Shown: positions 14,667 to 27,489 of the stretch, piece after piece
Position numbering within the stretch: position 1 is the stretch's first letter
Layout of the letters: each line of letters opens with the position of its first letter
Source: Leucoraja ocellata
Lineage: Eukaryota
DNA: 64,000 bases
Direction: 5' to 3'
NCBI GenBank assembly: GCA_036785375.1
Contig: JAWMAR010000551.1
Location: 372,001-436,000, forward strand
Notes under the pieces: model-generated
What the model was told of the DNA's origin: nothing
The model's database searches: none
Seen by the model: only the letters and a program-made list of their open reading frames with translations
Position numbers and translations under genes: made by a program

Positions 14667-15230
14667 GGTACCTGGATGTGGCGCCACCAGACAAGAAGCC
14701 GAAGCAAAGAAGTCGAAGCCAAAGAACGGAATGGAAACGAGGCAAAACGCCAATAAAACGAAAGAGTCCGAAGACGAAACGCCAACTAACCGAACGGATG
14801 TGACGCCTAAATGCAAATTTACAGAAAGGGCGGAACACCTAAAAGCCAACAAACCGAACAGCTGCGTCACCTAAAAGCAAAGTTACCGAATGGCCGCTCT
14901 GTCGAAACGCCACCTACCCGAAAGGGGCGTCGCCTACAGGCCAAAGGACCGACTGCCACTCAACAGAAAAGTCCAATAACGGACATGACGTTGCCGGGGG
15001 CGGGACTTGTCAGCGATTGGTCCAGACCCCCGCGTCCATCACATCAATGTGAAGGCATGAACATCATCCCAAACTCCGCTCCACCCGACCCGCAGCCTGC
15101 GGAGGGTGGCCGTGGGACAGTGGGGGCTGTCCCGAGGAATGCACACCTTCGGCCGATTTTAACTTGGTGTTTGTGTTCAGATTGCCCAGTTACCTATGGC
15201 TTGTGTGGGAAAATGAACCCCACACTCCCG

Positions 15231-15541
15231 TCTCCCCCTTATCTCTCTCCCTTCTCTCTCTCCCTTCTCTCTCTCCCTTCTCTCTCTCCCTTCTCTCTCT
15301 CCCTTCTCTCTCTCCCCTTCTCTCTCTCCCCCTCTCTCCCCTTCTCTCTCTCCCTCTTCTCTCTCCCATCTCCTCTCTCATCCTCTCTCCCATCTTCTTT
15401 CTATCCTCTTTTCTCTCTCCTCCTCTCTCCACTCTTCTCTCTCCTCTCTCTTCCCCTCCTCTCTCCCCTTTCTCCCCCCCCCTCTCTCCCCCCCCCTTCT
15501 CTACCCCCCCCTTCTCTACCCCTTCTCTCTCTCCTCCGTCT
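15231..15541. repeat. CT-rich polypyrimidine microsatellite
   Basis: About 310 bp of nearly pure C/T with (CCCTTCTCTCTCT)-like units. Confidence 0.95.
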
Positions 15542-15566
15542 CCACCTGCGGGAGCGTCCCGCAGTC

Positions 15567-16164
15567 ACATAGAAACATAGAAACATAGAAAATAGGTGCA
15601 GGAGTAGGCCATTCGGCCCTTCGAACCTGCACCGCCATTCAATATGATCATGGCTGATCATCCAACTCAGTGTCCTGTACCTGCCTTCTCTCCATACCCC
15701 CTGATCCCTTTAGCCACAAGGGCCACATCTACCTCCCTCTTAAATATAGCCAATGAACTGGCCTCAACTACCTTCTGTGGCAGAGAATTCCAGAGATTCA
15801 CCACTCTGTGTGTGAAAAATGTTTTCCTCATCTCGGTCCTAAAAGATTTCCCCCTTATCCTTAAACTGTGACCCCTTGTTCTGGACTTCCCCAACATCGG
15901 GAACAATCTTCCTGCATCTAGCCTGTCCAGCCCCTTAAGGATTTTGTACGTTTCTATAAGATCCCCCCTCAATCTCCTAAATTCTAGCGAGTACAAGCCG
16001 AGTCTATCCAGTCTTTCTTCAGATGAAAGTCCTGACATCCCAGGAATCAGTCTGGTGAACCTTCTCTGTACTCCCTCTATGGCAAGAATGTCCTTCCTCA
16101 GATTAGGAGACCAAAACTGTACGCAATACTCCAGGTGTGGTCTCACCAAGACCCTGTACAACTG
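15567..16164 (-). mobile_element. Young 5'-truncated CR1-like (HER1-like) LINE
   Basis: Uninterrupted ORF 15667..16161 (YRVLVRPHLEYCVQFWSP...RLRGDLIETYKILKG...RVVNLWNSLP) with a (TTTCTATG)n tail. Confidence 0.92.
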
Positions 16165-16418
16165 TCACTGACCGTGATGCACCGCCATTGGACCTCAACC
16201 TCCACACCAGGGTAATTGCCCCCTCCCCCCCCCCCCCCCCCCCGACCACCGGACTTTGACACCCACACCGGGTGATTCACCCCGGCTGCAGAGACAGACA
16301 TTTTATTTATTACCGTCTCAGTGTTTGCGGAACGCACCCAAGCTCCCACGCACAAAACAAGCAGCACCTCTGGAGAGAAGAAATGGGTGACGTTTTATGC
16401 CAAGACCATTCTTTAGAG

Positions 16419-17377
16419 CAGTGGTTCTCAAATGGGGGTACGCGTACCCCTGGGGGTACGTGAAGGCACTCCAGGGGGTACGTGAGATTTTAAAATGTAG
16501 GCCTACACTCTTCCTGTTCATCCTCTCTTGCTGCCGCCCGCCGGCTCAGCAGGACGTCGGCTCCCCCCGGCGCTGCGCTGCCCCCGCCGCCGCCTCTGCC
16601 TCCATGGCCATCGCAGCCAGCCCGGGCTCACTGAGGCTCCACTCCACATCCGCCCACATCGTGCTGCAGCTCACCTTGCAAGTGAACCACGGGAAACTCA
16701 GCGCCGGGGAGGCGTCACCGCCGAGTGTCTCACCCCGGGGTTGAAACGTTCAGCGGCATTTCCTTTGGTGGCCCGGCTGCTGTACTGTCTGTATGTCACT
16801 GGAAAGACTCAGCAAGCCAGGCAGCAACCCAATGCAGTACCTCCCCGCAAGGTCCAGCCTTCTCCCCGTTTTAAATAATCTAAAAACTTATGGAGTTGTG
16901 TTCACTATAACCAAAATTTTCTTCCACTGTTATGTCACCTGGTCAAGATCGTTTCTGAGTGCCGATGTGACAGTCTCCCTGTGACTTAACTCCTCAATCT
17001 ATCCCCCCCTCTCACGGTCACATCTAAACTGGAGGGGAACAAATATCCTGGGAAGGAGATTTGCTAGCGCTACTCTTGAGGCAGAGGGTCCCATGCATAA
17101 ATGAGGCAGAAGAGAAGTTGGGGGGCAGGTATTGTAGTCAAATAAAGCAAATTTAGTGGACAGGACAGGACAGGCAGGAGAACAGCAAAGTGAGAGACAG
17201 GACCAATGGTTTAGAGTCTATCAGTTCCAAAGTTTAATAAATCAGACACTGATGGCACAGTGCTCTGTTTTAAGTTTATTTTTTTCAACCAAAAATGCTT
17301 TGCGCTGGTTAGGGGGTACTTGGCTGAAAAAATATTTCACAGGGGGTACATCACTGAAAAATGGTTGAGAACCACTG
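16419..17377. mobile_element. Non-autonomous hAT (Charlie/Buster-like) DNA transposon with 8-bp TSD
   Basis: TIRs CAGTGGTTCTCAA / TTGAGAACCACTG; perfect TSD CTTTAGAG at 16411-16418 and 17378-17385; subterminal GGGGGTAC repeats. Contains a CR1 ORF1-end fragment at about 17010-17200. Confidence 0.9.
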
Positions 17378-17792
17378 CTTTAGAGTGCATCTGAAAGGTC
17401 TCGACCCGAAACGTCACCCATTCCTTCTCTCCAGAGATGCTGCCTGTTCAGCTGAGTTACTCCAGCATTTTGTGTCTATCTTTGGTGTGACAGTTGTCTA
17501 ATTTCATCGGCTTTGTGTAATGCACGCCCAGAAGAGATGCTGTACATGCCGCTTGCATCTATTCATACAAGTGTGCTCAAATTAAAATCCCACATCTTTG
17601 CGAGGGAGGGATGGAATGGATGTAATCACCGGCTAAAACAAAGGCCGTTAGGACAGGGAAATAATGCCACTAGTTAATTAACCATGTTCCCGAATGTAAG
17701 AACGATTTATACATGTAAGACATGCTATACATTTATACATGGTTAATTAACTGGTGTATATCATGTATTACATGCATAAATCGTTCTTACAT

Positions 17793-18893
17793 GGGGGTAG
17801 AGTGCTGACATGGATAGAAGATTGGTTGGCAGACAGGAAACAAAGAGTAGGGATTAACAGGTCCATTTCAGAATAGCAGGCGGTGACTAGTGGGATACCG
17901 CAAGGCTCGGTACTGGGACCGCAGCTATTTACAATATACATCAATAATTTGGATGAAAGGAGTCAAAATAGCATTAGCAAATTTGCAGGTAACACAAAGC
18001 TGGCTGGCAGTGTGAACTGTGAGGAGGATGCTACGAGAATGCAGGGTGACTTGGACAGATTGTGGGCAGATGCATGGCAGATGAAGTTTAATGTGGATAA
18101 ATGTGAGGTTATCCACTTTGGTATCAAAAACAGGAATACAGATTACAAACTAAATGGCGTCGTTGGGAAAAGGAGAAGTACAACGGGATCTGGGGGTCCT
18201 TGTTCATCAGTCTATGAAAGTAAGCATGCAGGTACAGCAGGCAATGAAGAAAGCGAATGGCATGTTGGCCTTTATAACAAGAGGAATTGAGTATAGGAGC
18301 AAAGAGGTCCTTCTGCAGTTGTACAGAGCCCTAGTGAGACCATAACTGGAGTATTGTGTGCAGTTTTGATCCCCTAATTTGAGGAAGGACATTCTTGCTA
18401 TTGCAGCGTAAATTTACAAGGTTAATTCCCGGAATGGCGGGATTGTCATATGCTGAGAGAATGGAGCAGCTGGGCTTGTACACTCTGGAGTTTAGAAGGA
18501 TGAGAGGGTATCTTATTGAAACATATAAGATTGTTAAGGGTTTGGATACGCTCAAGGCAGGAAACATGTTCCCGATGTTGGGGGAGTCCAGAACCAGGGG
18601 CCACGGTTTAAGAATAAGGGGTAAGCCATTTAGAACAGATGAGGAAACACTTTTTTTTCCAGAGTGTTGTGAGTCTGTGGCATTCTCTGCCCCAGAGGGC
18701 TGTGGAGGCCGGTTCTCTGGATACTTTCAAGAGAGAGCTAGATAGGGCTCTTAAGATAGCAAAATCAAGGGATATGGGGAGAAGGCAGGAATGGGGTACT
18801 GATTGGGGATGATCAACCATGATCACATTGAATGGCGGTGCTGGCTCGAAGGGCCGAATGGCCTACTCCTGCACCTATTGTCTATTGTCTATT
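17793..18893 (+). mobile_element. CR1-like LINE 3' part (RT and tail)
   Basis: TSGIPQGSVLGPQLFTIYIN, decayed FADDTK (KFAGNTK), WQMKFNVDKC and LYRALVRP; ends in a (CTATTGT)n tail. Confidence 0.92.
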
Positions 18894-20152
18894 GAAACTG
18901 AATTTGGTGGTCTGCACTCTGCTTGAAATGCCATAAAACTTTATTTGGTGGCCTGCACTCTGCTTGAAATGCTATGAAATTGAATTTGCTGGCCAGCACG
19001 CTGCTTGAAATGCTATGAAATTGAATTTGCTGGCCTACACTCTGCTAGAAATGCTATGAAATTGAATTTGCTGGTCTGTACTCTGCTTAAAATGGAATTT
19101 CAAGGAATAGCCATGAGTGAACTGCCAGCCCACCAAGCCTGAGTGACTGAGCTGCCAGCCCAATAATCCATTCGGCCCACAGTCCTAATAGCCCTGTGGA
19201 AACCTGACCCTTTGGCCCACAACACCCATACTAGCACTCCAGAAAGCCCCCCTCCCCCTCCCCCACAATATTGGAATTGGTGGAGATGTGGAATATTGCG
19301 TTGGGGGACCAGCCCTCACGTAACATTATGAAGGGTATACATAGGACAGGTAGTCATAGTTATCTTCCTAGGATAGGCTAGTCTAAACCTAGTCTCATTT
19401 AAGGTGAGAAGGAAAGATTTAAACAAGATTTGAGGGTGAAATGTATCGCACAGAGGGTGGTGGGTATAAGGAAGCGGTATGTGGTCCAATTACAATGTTT
19501 TAAAAAACATTTGAACTTGTACATGGATAGGAAAGCTTTAGATGGGATTTGAGCCAAACCCAGGCAAATACGATTAGCACGGGTAGGCGTCATGCTCAGC
19601 ATGGATATTTTGACTACTGACTTGGCACTAGTTTAAATCACGCTGCTAAGGAGGGAGACATTGAATTCCAGGTGATTTATTTACATAATTCTTTAGATAA
19701 ACAAATTCACGGTCATGCACACATAACTTAACATTAGAAGAGGTACACATATGTTTGTTTCACTAACACTATATATTTGCCATTTAAGTTGCACTGAATA
19801 GAACATACAACGTACAACATACAGCAATACAGCATAAGAACTGCCCCTTCAGCACACAATGTTTTGGCTGAACACGATGCCAAGCCAAATTCATGTCTGC
19901 CTGCACATAATCCATAACTCTCCATTCCTTACATATCCACATGCCTATCCAAAAGTCTTATAAATGCCACTACCATGTCAGCCTCAACTACCTCCCCCGA
20001 CAACATCTTCCAGGCATTCACCTCCTAAGTAGAAAAACGTGCCCCACACATCCTCCATTAAACTTTCCCCGCTTATCTTATAGCTACAGCTGATGTTGGA
20101 CATTTCCACCCTGGGGAAAAGATTCTGACAGTCTGTCCTATCTACACTTATA

Positions 20153-20441
20153 ATGGTAGAGCTACTGCTTTACAGCGCCAGAGATCCTGACTACGGGTGC
20201 TTGTTTGTACGGAGTTTGTACGTTCTCCCCATAACCGCATGGGTTTCTCCGAGATCTTCGGTTTCCTCCCACATTCCAAAGATGTACAGGTTGTAGGTTA
20301 ATTGGCTTGGAATAAATGTAAAAAAAATTGTTCCTGGTGCGAGTTGGGTGGTGTCAATGAGCAGGGACCGCTGGTTGGTGCAGACTCAGTGAGCCGAAGG
20401 GCGTGTTTCCGCGATGTATCGCTGATCTAAACTAAACTAAA
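20153..20441 (+). mobile_element. HE1-like tRNA-derived V-SINE
   Basis: V-domain-like GGAGTTTGTACGTTCTCCCC...CGGTTTCCTCCCACA, CR1-like 3' end GAAGGGCGTGTTTCC and a (CTAAA)n tail. Confidence 0.8.
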
Positions 20442-20464
20442 AAAAATCTATAACTACGATTACG

Positions 20465-21355
20465 TCCAAGTCATTTATATATATCACTGACATCAGAGGT
20501 TTCAGCATAGATCCCTACAGAACTCCACTGGGTACAGACCTTTAGCCTGAATATTGCCCTTCCACCACTATCAGTAAGCCAGTTTTGAATCCATACAACC
20601 GCCATTGTTAATCCCATGCATCTTAATCTTCTGGATTCGCCTTCCATAGGGGACTTCATCAAATGCCTTACTAAAATGCATGTAGACAACGTCCACTGCC
20701 CTCATCAATCACCTTCATCACTTCCTCAAAATATTTCATCAAGATAGTAAGACCCGACCTGCCATGTACAAAGCCTTGCTGATAGCCCATAAGTAACCCA
20801 TTCTCTTCCGAATCCAAATTAATCCTATCCTGAAGAATCCTCTCCAATAGCTTCCCTACCACCAGCCTATAATTCCCTAGATTCACTTCTTAAATAAAGG
20901 AACAACATTAGCTACTCTCCAGTCTTCTGGGACCTTGCCTGTGGGTAGAGAAGACACAAAGATCTTTGTCAAGGCTCCTGTAATTTCCTCTCTTGCCTCT
21001 CTCAATAAACTGGGGTTGATCCCGTCAAATCCTGGGACTTTTTCCACCTTAATGTTCTTCAAGCGCCCCGACGCCTACTCCTTCTTAATCTCAAACTCCC
21101 GTTGCATATTTGTGTTCTCCGTACTGATCTCAATGTCCTCCATGTCCTTCTACTTGGTGAAAACAGATGCAAAGTACTTGTTTAGTACCCCTACATCCTC
21201 AGACCAAGCACAAATGCCTTTCTTTATCCTTGAGCAGCCCTACTTTCTCCCTGGTTACCCTTTCTTTTTAACGTAGATATAAAAAGTTTTGCGATTTTCT
21301 TTAATCTGACTTGCCAAAGCTGTTTTGTGGCCCCTTTGGCCCTTCTAATGTTCCA
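20465..21355 (-). mobile_element. Degenerate CR1 ORF2 (RT N-terminal region)
   Basis: The minus strand gives GNYRLV..GKLLERILQDRI...QQGFVHGRSGLT.L..FEEV, with frameshifts. Confidence 0.8.
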
Positions 21356-22939
21356 TCCAGTCATGGAGTCATAGAGAGATCGAAGATAGAAAAAGGCCCT
21401 TCGATTCACCATGCCGTCCATCAACCAATCACTTACACTGAGCCTATATTAATTTCCACGTTCCCATCTACTCCTTCAACATTCCACCTCTCACCTACTC
21501 ATGGGAGGCAATTCACAGTGGCCAAATTAGTTGTCAACCGACATAGTTTTGAGATTCGGAAGGAAACGTGCAAACTCCACATAGACATTTCAATGTTTGT
21601 GCACTGTCGGATTAACCTAACTACAATGGGTGGAAGGATGTGGGATGAGTCATTTAGTGCCTTATGATCATTCTGCATATCCCACCTCTGAAAGGAATTA
21701 AAAGACTTCCACCTCAATCAATGCCCAACACCCGAGTAAGCAATCAAACAATGGTGTGGGCTGTGGCCACTATACAGGAAGGAAACATGGATCCTTCATG
21801 TTAAGGCAACAACAGGCACCAGCCCATGGGAAGGGAATGAAAGTAGAAAAATATCACTGGAAATGTAAGATCATGTAGCCATCAAGTACAGAACAGTGTG
21901 TTGGTTCCACAAATTTAGGTCATCTTTGATACTCAGACATGAGTGATGAAGTCCAAACTGATTGGGCACCCTTATAATACTGCCCCCTGACCCATTGTAA
22001 AACATCCCCATGCTGAGATCTGTACAGGTCAAGCACATCTGCAAATCTATGTTTCAATGACCAGCACAGCAGGCTGTGGCAGAGAGATTGGCTGAAAATG
22101 TCATTGTGGATTTAATAGAAGCAGTGGCAATACATGCAAGGAACTGACAGTAATTTGATTTATTTTTTAGTGCTGCAGCTACTTGGTACAAATCACATCC
22201 ATCACTAACTGCCTTGTCCGACACGTTCATACCCAGCTTTACCAATACCATTTATTATTTTATACTTGGCTTCGGCTATGTTTTAATAATGACAAAAGTG
22301 TTCAGCACAGTGTGGCTTATGCATGCAGACATTTTTGTTATTTTGTGATGTGAAAATGCTGGGAGTTCTGTTTCAGAAATCAAAATACAGGATGTGGCTG
22401 TCATATCTTAAAAAACAAGTTGGAAACATCTTCACCAGAAAGGCCGCCATGTTTTAAGTAGGTGCCACATCTCTATCAGCTCACTTAGCGGTGGGGATAA
22501 ATATTTGCAATGCCCAAACCCCATCAAGAAATAAATAGAAGAAAATTATTGTCCATCCCTAATTGTCCAAGAATGCAATGGTTGCCCTGGCAGTGCTGCT
22601 GCCTCACTGCTCCGTGGCCCTGTGTTCGATCGTGACCTCGGGTGCTGGTTGTGCGGGCTCTGCAATCCCTCCCTGCAACTGGGAGGGTGCCGGAGAAGTG
22701 CTCTGGTTTGCTCCCTCCTTCCAAAAAATGTGTTGTGAGCTAATTGGCCTTGGTTCAACAAAGTGTACAGGGGGACCTGTCTGGAGGGCACCAGGCATGC
22801 CTAAAAACAATAAGGTCCAGTGAAACGTTAGTATAAGATTACTTCTCCGCTTATCAACAAAAACAGCTTGCAATGGACAGAGCTGTGTGATCTCACAGAC
22901 AATAGACCAGCTGAGATCTTTGTAGTCAACCACTGTAGT

Positions 22940-23320
22940 AAATGGTGGTGGACAATTAAACAGCTAACGGGAGGAAGAAGATTCGAGGTCATCCCTGTAC
23001 GTAATGATGGGGACTGGTGCTGAAGGCATGGTTAAAGCATTCACTGCCATATTCAGCCAGAACACACAACACATCCCTTCATCACAGAAGCAATTTTCCT
23101 GTCATTTCATTTCATTCCGCGTGATGCCAAGAATCAACTGCGGTCACTGGATACAATAAAGGTTGCGGGACCAGATAAATACCCAGTTGTGGTACCGAAG
23201 ACTATGCTGCAGAATTGACTGTCTCACTCATCATGGTGTTCCTGTGCAGTACCACACAGGAATGTACCTGATAGTGAGGAAAATAATCCGCATATAACCC
23301 ATTCTTGTAAAGCAGGATAA
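22940..23320 (+). mobile_element. Old CR1/L2-group LINE ORF2 fragment
   Basis: Decayed KWWWTIKQLTGG and KVAGPDKYP...AELT motifs from the pre-RT region. Confidence 0.5.
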
Positions 23321-26300
23321 TCCAATATGACTAGTCTCTCACCTTTATAATACTGCGAGGGTCACCACTAACCAAAAAATTCAAAAGGACCAGCTTCATA
23401 TATCCCATGGCAAGAACATGTCCCAAGCCCATAGCCTCCAACCCTCAGAAGCTAGCGGGTAGCAAAAGTATTGGAACACCACCACACAGGTCCCTCTCTG
23501 AGTTACACACCATCCTGACTTGGAAATATAGAGCCACACAACACAAAAACATGCCATTCAGCCCGCTGAGTGTGCATCAAGTACTCACGTACACCAATCC
23601 TACACTGGCCCCGTTTTATTCTGACCATGTGTGAGGAAGCAAGGACACTTGTAAGAAACTCAGGTAGTCACAGTGAGAACATGCAAACTCCACCCAGATA
23701 GCAACAGAGGTCAGGAATGAAGTCTGATAGGTGGAGCTATGAGACAATGGCCCTAGTATCTGAGCCATGTATTATGCACTGTCCCCCAGTCAAAATCCTA
23801 GATATAGCACTGTGTGCGTTCCTTCATCAGAAAAATTGCAAGAGCTCAAGAAGGTGGCTCATCAAAACCTTCTCAAGGGCATTTAACAATGGGCAATATA
23901 TGTTGCTGCAATCCCAAAAATAAATGTAAAAAAGTACTGTTGCGCTTTGGTAAGAGGCAAAATGAATCAAGGGAGGATGGGTTAGTGGACTACTGAGGGA
24001 AAACAAGTTGAAGGGCTACAGAGAAATAAGGAAAGGAGGATTGGGATCAATGAGATTGCTTCTGGGAGGCAACATGGACCTGATGGGGGTAAATAGTCTT
24101 CTTCTGTGCCATGACATTTCAGAGAGGATGTGTTTTTTCTTGATCCATTGGGACCTTTGTGGGGAAAGTTCTCACAGGATGATATTTTAGTATCCATATC
24201 AAGAAGGAGAGGAACTAGTGGATTTTGCTGTTCTCATGTACCTTGTGCATTCATTTTCCCAATAGAAACGGTGGGAAGTGGGGATAAAGAAGGCTTGGTG
24301 AGTTACAGTGGGTCTTGAGGTTGGTACATGCTGGAACTACAGGGTGCCAGTGAAGGGATTGATCATGGAACTGGCGGGCCTATTATACGTGGCCTCTTCT
24401 GTTCCAATTACAACCTGATATATGATGTGGATGAAAATCAGATAATTGCTGTTTTACGATGATTACTGCTAACAAGACACAGAATATACTGAAATGTGAC
24501 AGCGGTGACGTTATTTAAGAGCTGACCATGTAAACAAAATAGATTAAAAAGAACCAAATTGCTAATATATATTTCTCTCTGTAGCTGGTATACCCAGTGT
24601 GCATTTCTGTCCTGGAATTGTAGTAATTTTCCATATTTATACCTTGAGGCAGTTCACGCTCAGTCTATTGCTGAACCAATCATATCTTTACTAATGGAAG
24701 CTTGCCACTAAATTTCACACTGATATTTTCTGTCATGTGAGTTGTCCCATGACAACCTGATGGTGCAATGGTATTGTGGTTGTAAATCATCTGTCTTCAA
24801 CTCCACTAATTGCTCTGTCAAAGCTATTTCCTCGACAGTAAGAGGTCGGCCAAAGGGCTGGAAGAAACTCCTGCGTGTGCAGAAGCTGTCGACGAGCACT
24901 GTGAGAAAGGTAGCAACAACAAGATAGAGCTAATGGTACAATTACACATGCGGCACTATATATGGTTTCAAAGGGCACGTGCCGATAATAATGCATTGTT
25001 GCAGGACAGCATTTGAGAAGCATTTAAGTCTGACATGGGCAGTTCAACAATTGTCTTACAAACAGCTTGTGGTCAAAGGTCATATCCTGGGTTACCATGC
25101 CTCTACAAAAGCCTTTTGCACTTGAGTTTCTCCAGTCTATAACATTGGACAATAACATGGAGCAGCGGAAGAGAGTTACTGTTCAATAACCCTGTAAGTC
25201 ATGGGGAACTACTGAGAGGGTGGGTTGCAGATCTTGGTATTTCTGGTTCTCAAATTCATACTGACTATGATATCACAAACAATGAATGTAAATAGAATCT
25301 TATAAAAACAAAAATCTTTATGCTCACAGCTTGAAATAAATATCTTCACTTTTCTGGGCAATGAAATGAAAATGTTACTCTTCAGTGTGTCTCAGCACCA
25401 ACTGAGAACCATTTCAGCCTGCCAGATTGCTTTAATAGTCTACGATTAGAGGGGTGACTGAGAGTAGTAAACCAGGGCCAAGCCCACTCTTCTACTGATC
25501 TAAACAAAGAATCCCTGCAAGGAACTAAAGGAAAAATCTAACAACACACACATGTGAAACTGCACTGGAAATGTTCTCCATCTGATATCAATCTGTAGCC
25601 CAAGGAAATTAATGTCATGAGAAGTTTCATTTCTCTTTAGAGTCAGGTGGGGTCCGACTCTGCATTTGCATTTCAACTTTAGTTTTGCACTGGTATCAAA
25701 GGGACCTCTAACCTGTGGATGGTTTTGCACACTCAAACAGTGTTTTTTGACTGAACTCCTTACTGGTTTATTGTGCGACACCTGTCTTTCCATGCTGGAA
25801 GTCAAATAAATAGTTGCTGACTCATGTGGATAATGCTCCACAAAATATCAATGGAGGCTAATGGAAAGAACGTTCTGTGAACGTTGACTAACTGGAGGTC
25901 ACGGATATGAAACATTCAGTCGTCAAACAGGAGGAAAAATTATGAAGAATGAAGGATGATTGTCACAGATGAAACAGATTTAGAAGAAACCAAAGCATTG
26001 AAGGATTACATGCACAGTGAAACTCTTTCAGATAGATAGTAACTCATTGCAAGTTCAATCTTTTGTTTACTTCCAAATGTGTTTCTTCATGTACTAGTTC
26101 TGGCCTCAACAATGCCTTGTACATGCTGCAACATAATGTCCCAATTCCTGTACTCAGTACCCTTACTGATAAACACAAGTGTGCTAAATACTTTCTTCAT
26201 CACCCTATCTATCTGTATCATCACTTTCAGGGAACCATGTAGCTATATCCCAAATCTCTCTGCTCTACAACGGTCTCCAGGGCCTGACCATTTACTATAT

Positions 26301-27197
26301 AAATACTGCTCTTCTTTGACTTCTCACAATGCATCACCTCACATTTGTCCACATTAAATTCCATCTCTCTTTCCTTTTCCCACTTCCCTAGTTGAACTAA
26401 AACCTTTTGTAAACTTGGATGGACTTCTCATTGTCCACTATAACTTCCCAGCTTCCCACAATATCCAATTATTTACTAATTCATGGCCTAGGTAATTATC
26501 CACCTTAATATACTTTAAGACTGCTATCACCTACTCTTCTGTAACTTGAACATGGTCCAACACATCACTACTAATTTTTCTAAATTATTTTGCTTCTATG
26601 GTGTTCTCCTCAGTAAATAAAGATGAGAAGTATTCATTTAATACCTGGCCCATCTTCTGAGCTCAATGCATGTATAATGATGTTGAGTCTTACGAGGAAC
26701 TATTTTCTCCCTTGTTACCCTTTTGCTGTTATTGAATTGATGTTTCTGTACATTAATGCAAAATCTGCTGTCATTTGTACATTTGGTATTGATATTGATT
26801 TATTATTGTCACGTGTACTGAGATACAGTGAACAAACTTTGTATTATGCCATATCCAGGCAAATTATACTACACCAGATAGTACAAATGGGAACATAAAC
26901 AAAGTGCAGAAGATGGTCGGACAGTTGACAACTTAAAAGAGTAGACTGATTGTAATAAACGTTATTAGATTTGTTAGGGCTAGAATCACCATGATCTGAT
27001 GCAATGATCAACTAGCAATTCAATAACCAATGGAAACACTACTTGGCTTGGCAACACAGACCTCAAAAATAACATTTCTATTCTGATATGACCAAAGGTC
27101 AGATACAAATATGTTACACAGGCTCACAATAATTTACTTTTCAAGGTTTGAGATACAACATAGATACAAGAAAAGGGATAGACCCAAGCAGTAACTT

Positions 27198-27489
27198 GGG
27201 TGGCATGGTGGCGCAGCGGTAGAGTTACTGCCTCACAGCACCAGAGACCGGGGTTCAATCCTAACTACAGGTACGTGGCTGTACGGGTTTTGTATATTCT
27301 CCCTGCGACCTGCATGGTTTATCCCCGGGAGCTCTGGTTTTCTCCCACACTCCACTGGCTTTGGTAACATTTTAAATTGTCCCTATTGTGTGTCGGATAG
27401 TGTTAATGGGCGGGGATCTCTGGTTGGCACAGACTCAGTGGGCCAAAGGGCCTGTTTCCACCCTGTAACTTGAAACTAAACTAAACTAA
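27198..27489 (+). mobile_element. HE1-like V-SINE
   Basis: tRNA-like head TGGCGCAGCGG (A box) and GGTTCAATCC (B box), V-domain, (CTAAA)n tail. Confidence 0.85.

Larger units (their letters stand above)
14667..16340. mobile_element. Unclassified insertion with a degenerate 16-bp periodic array, GC-rich segment and CT microsatellite
   Basis: Starts abruptly after CR1 ...AGCCTGGAT and has CCGAA/CCTAA anchors every 15-16 bp at 14779-14984. It is interrupted by a minus-strand CR1; the right boundary is uncertain. Confidence 0.4.
12619..19320 (+). mobile_element. Putative non-autonomous Helitron-like element with an internal ~40-bp tandem repeat, split by a ~5.7-kb nested insertion
   Basis: The unit GAATTTGGTGGCCTGCACTCTGCTTGAAATGCTATGAAATT runs 13060-13177 and resumes in register at about 18895-19095. 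The segment near 19280 (GTGGAATATTGCGTTGGGGGA) matches the subterminal region of the complete Helitron at 50209-50677. The 3' CTAG end is missing. Confidence 0.55.

Noticed and set aside
14779-14984. CRISPR-like repeat/spacer reading of the periodic array
   Set aside because: The anchors are only about 5 bp with a 16-bp period, there are no cas genes, and the context is vertebrate.
14811-15661. Long 253-aa ORF and overlapping ORFs
   Set aside because: They stay open because the CT microsatellite and GC-rich repeat lack stop codons.
25500-25841. 113-aa minus-strand ORF in unique sequence
   Set aside because: No recognisable motif and no convincing splice-site pair.
27198-27270. tRNA gene
   Set aside because: The A/B boxes run directly into a V-SINE body and LINE-like tail; the same holds for the other copies.
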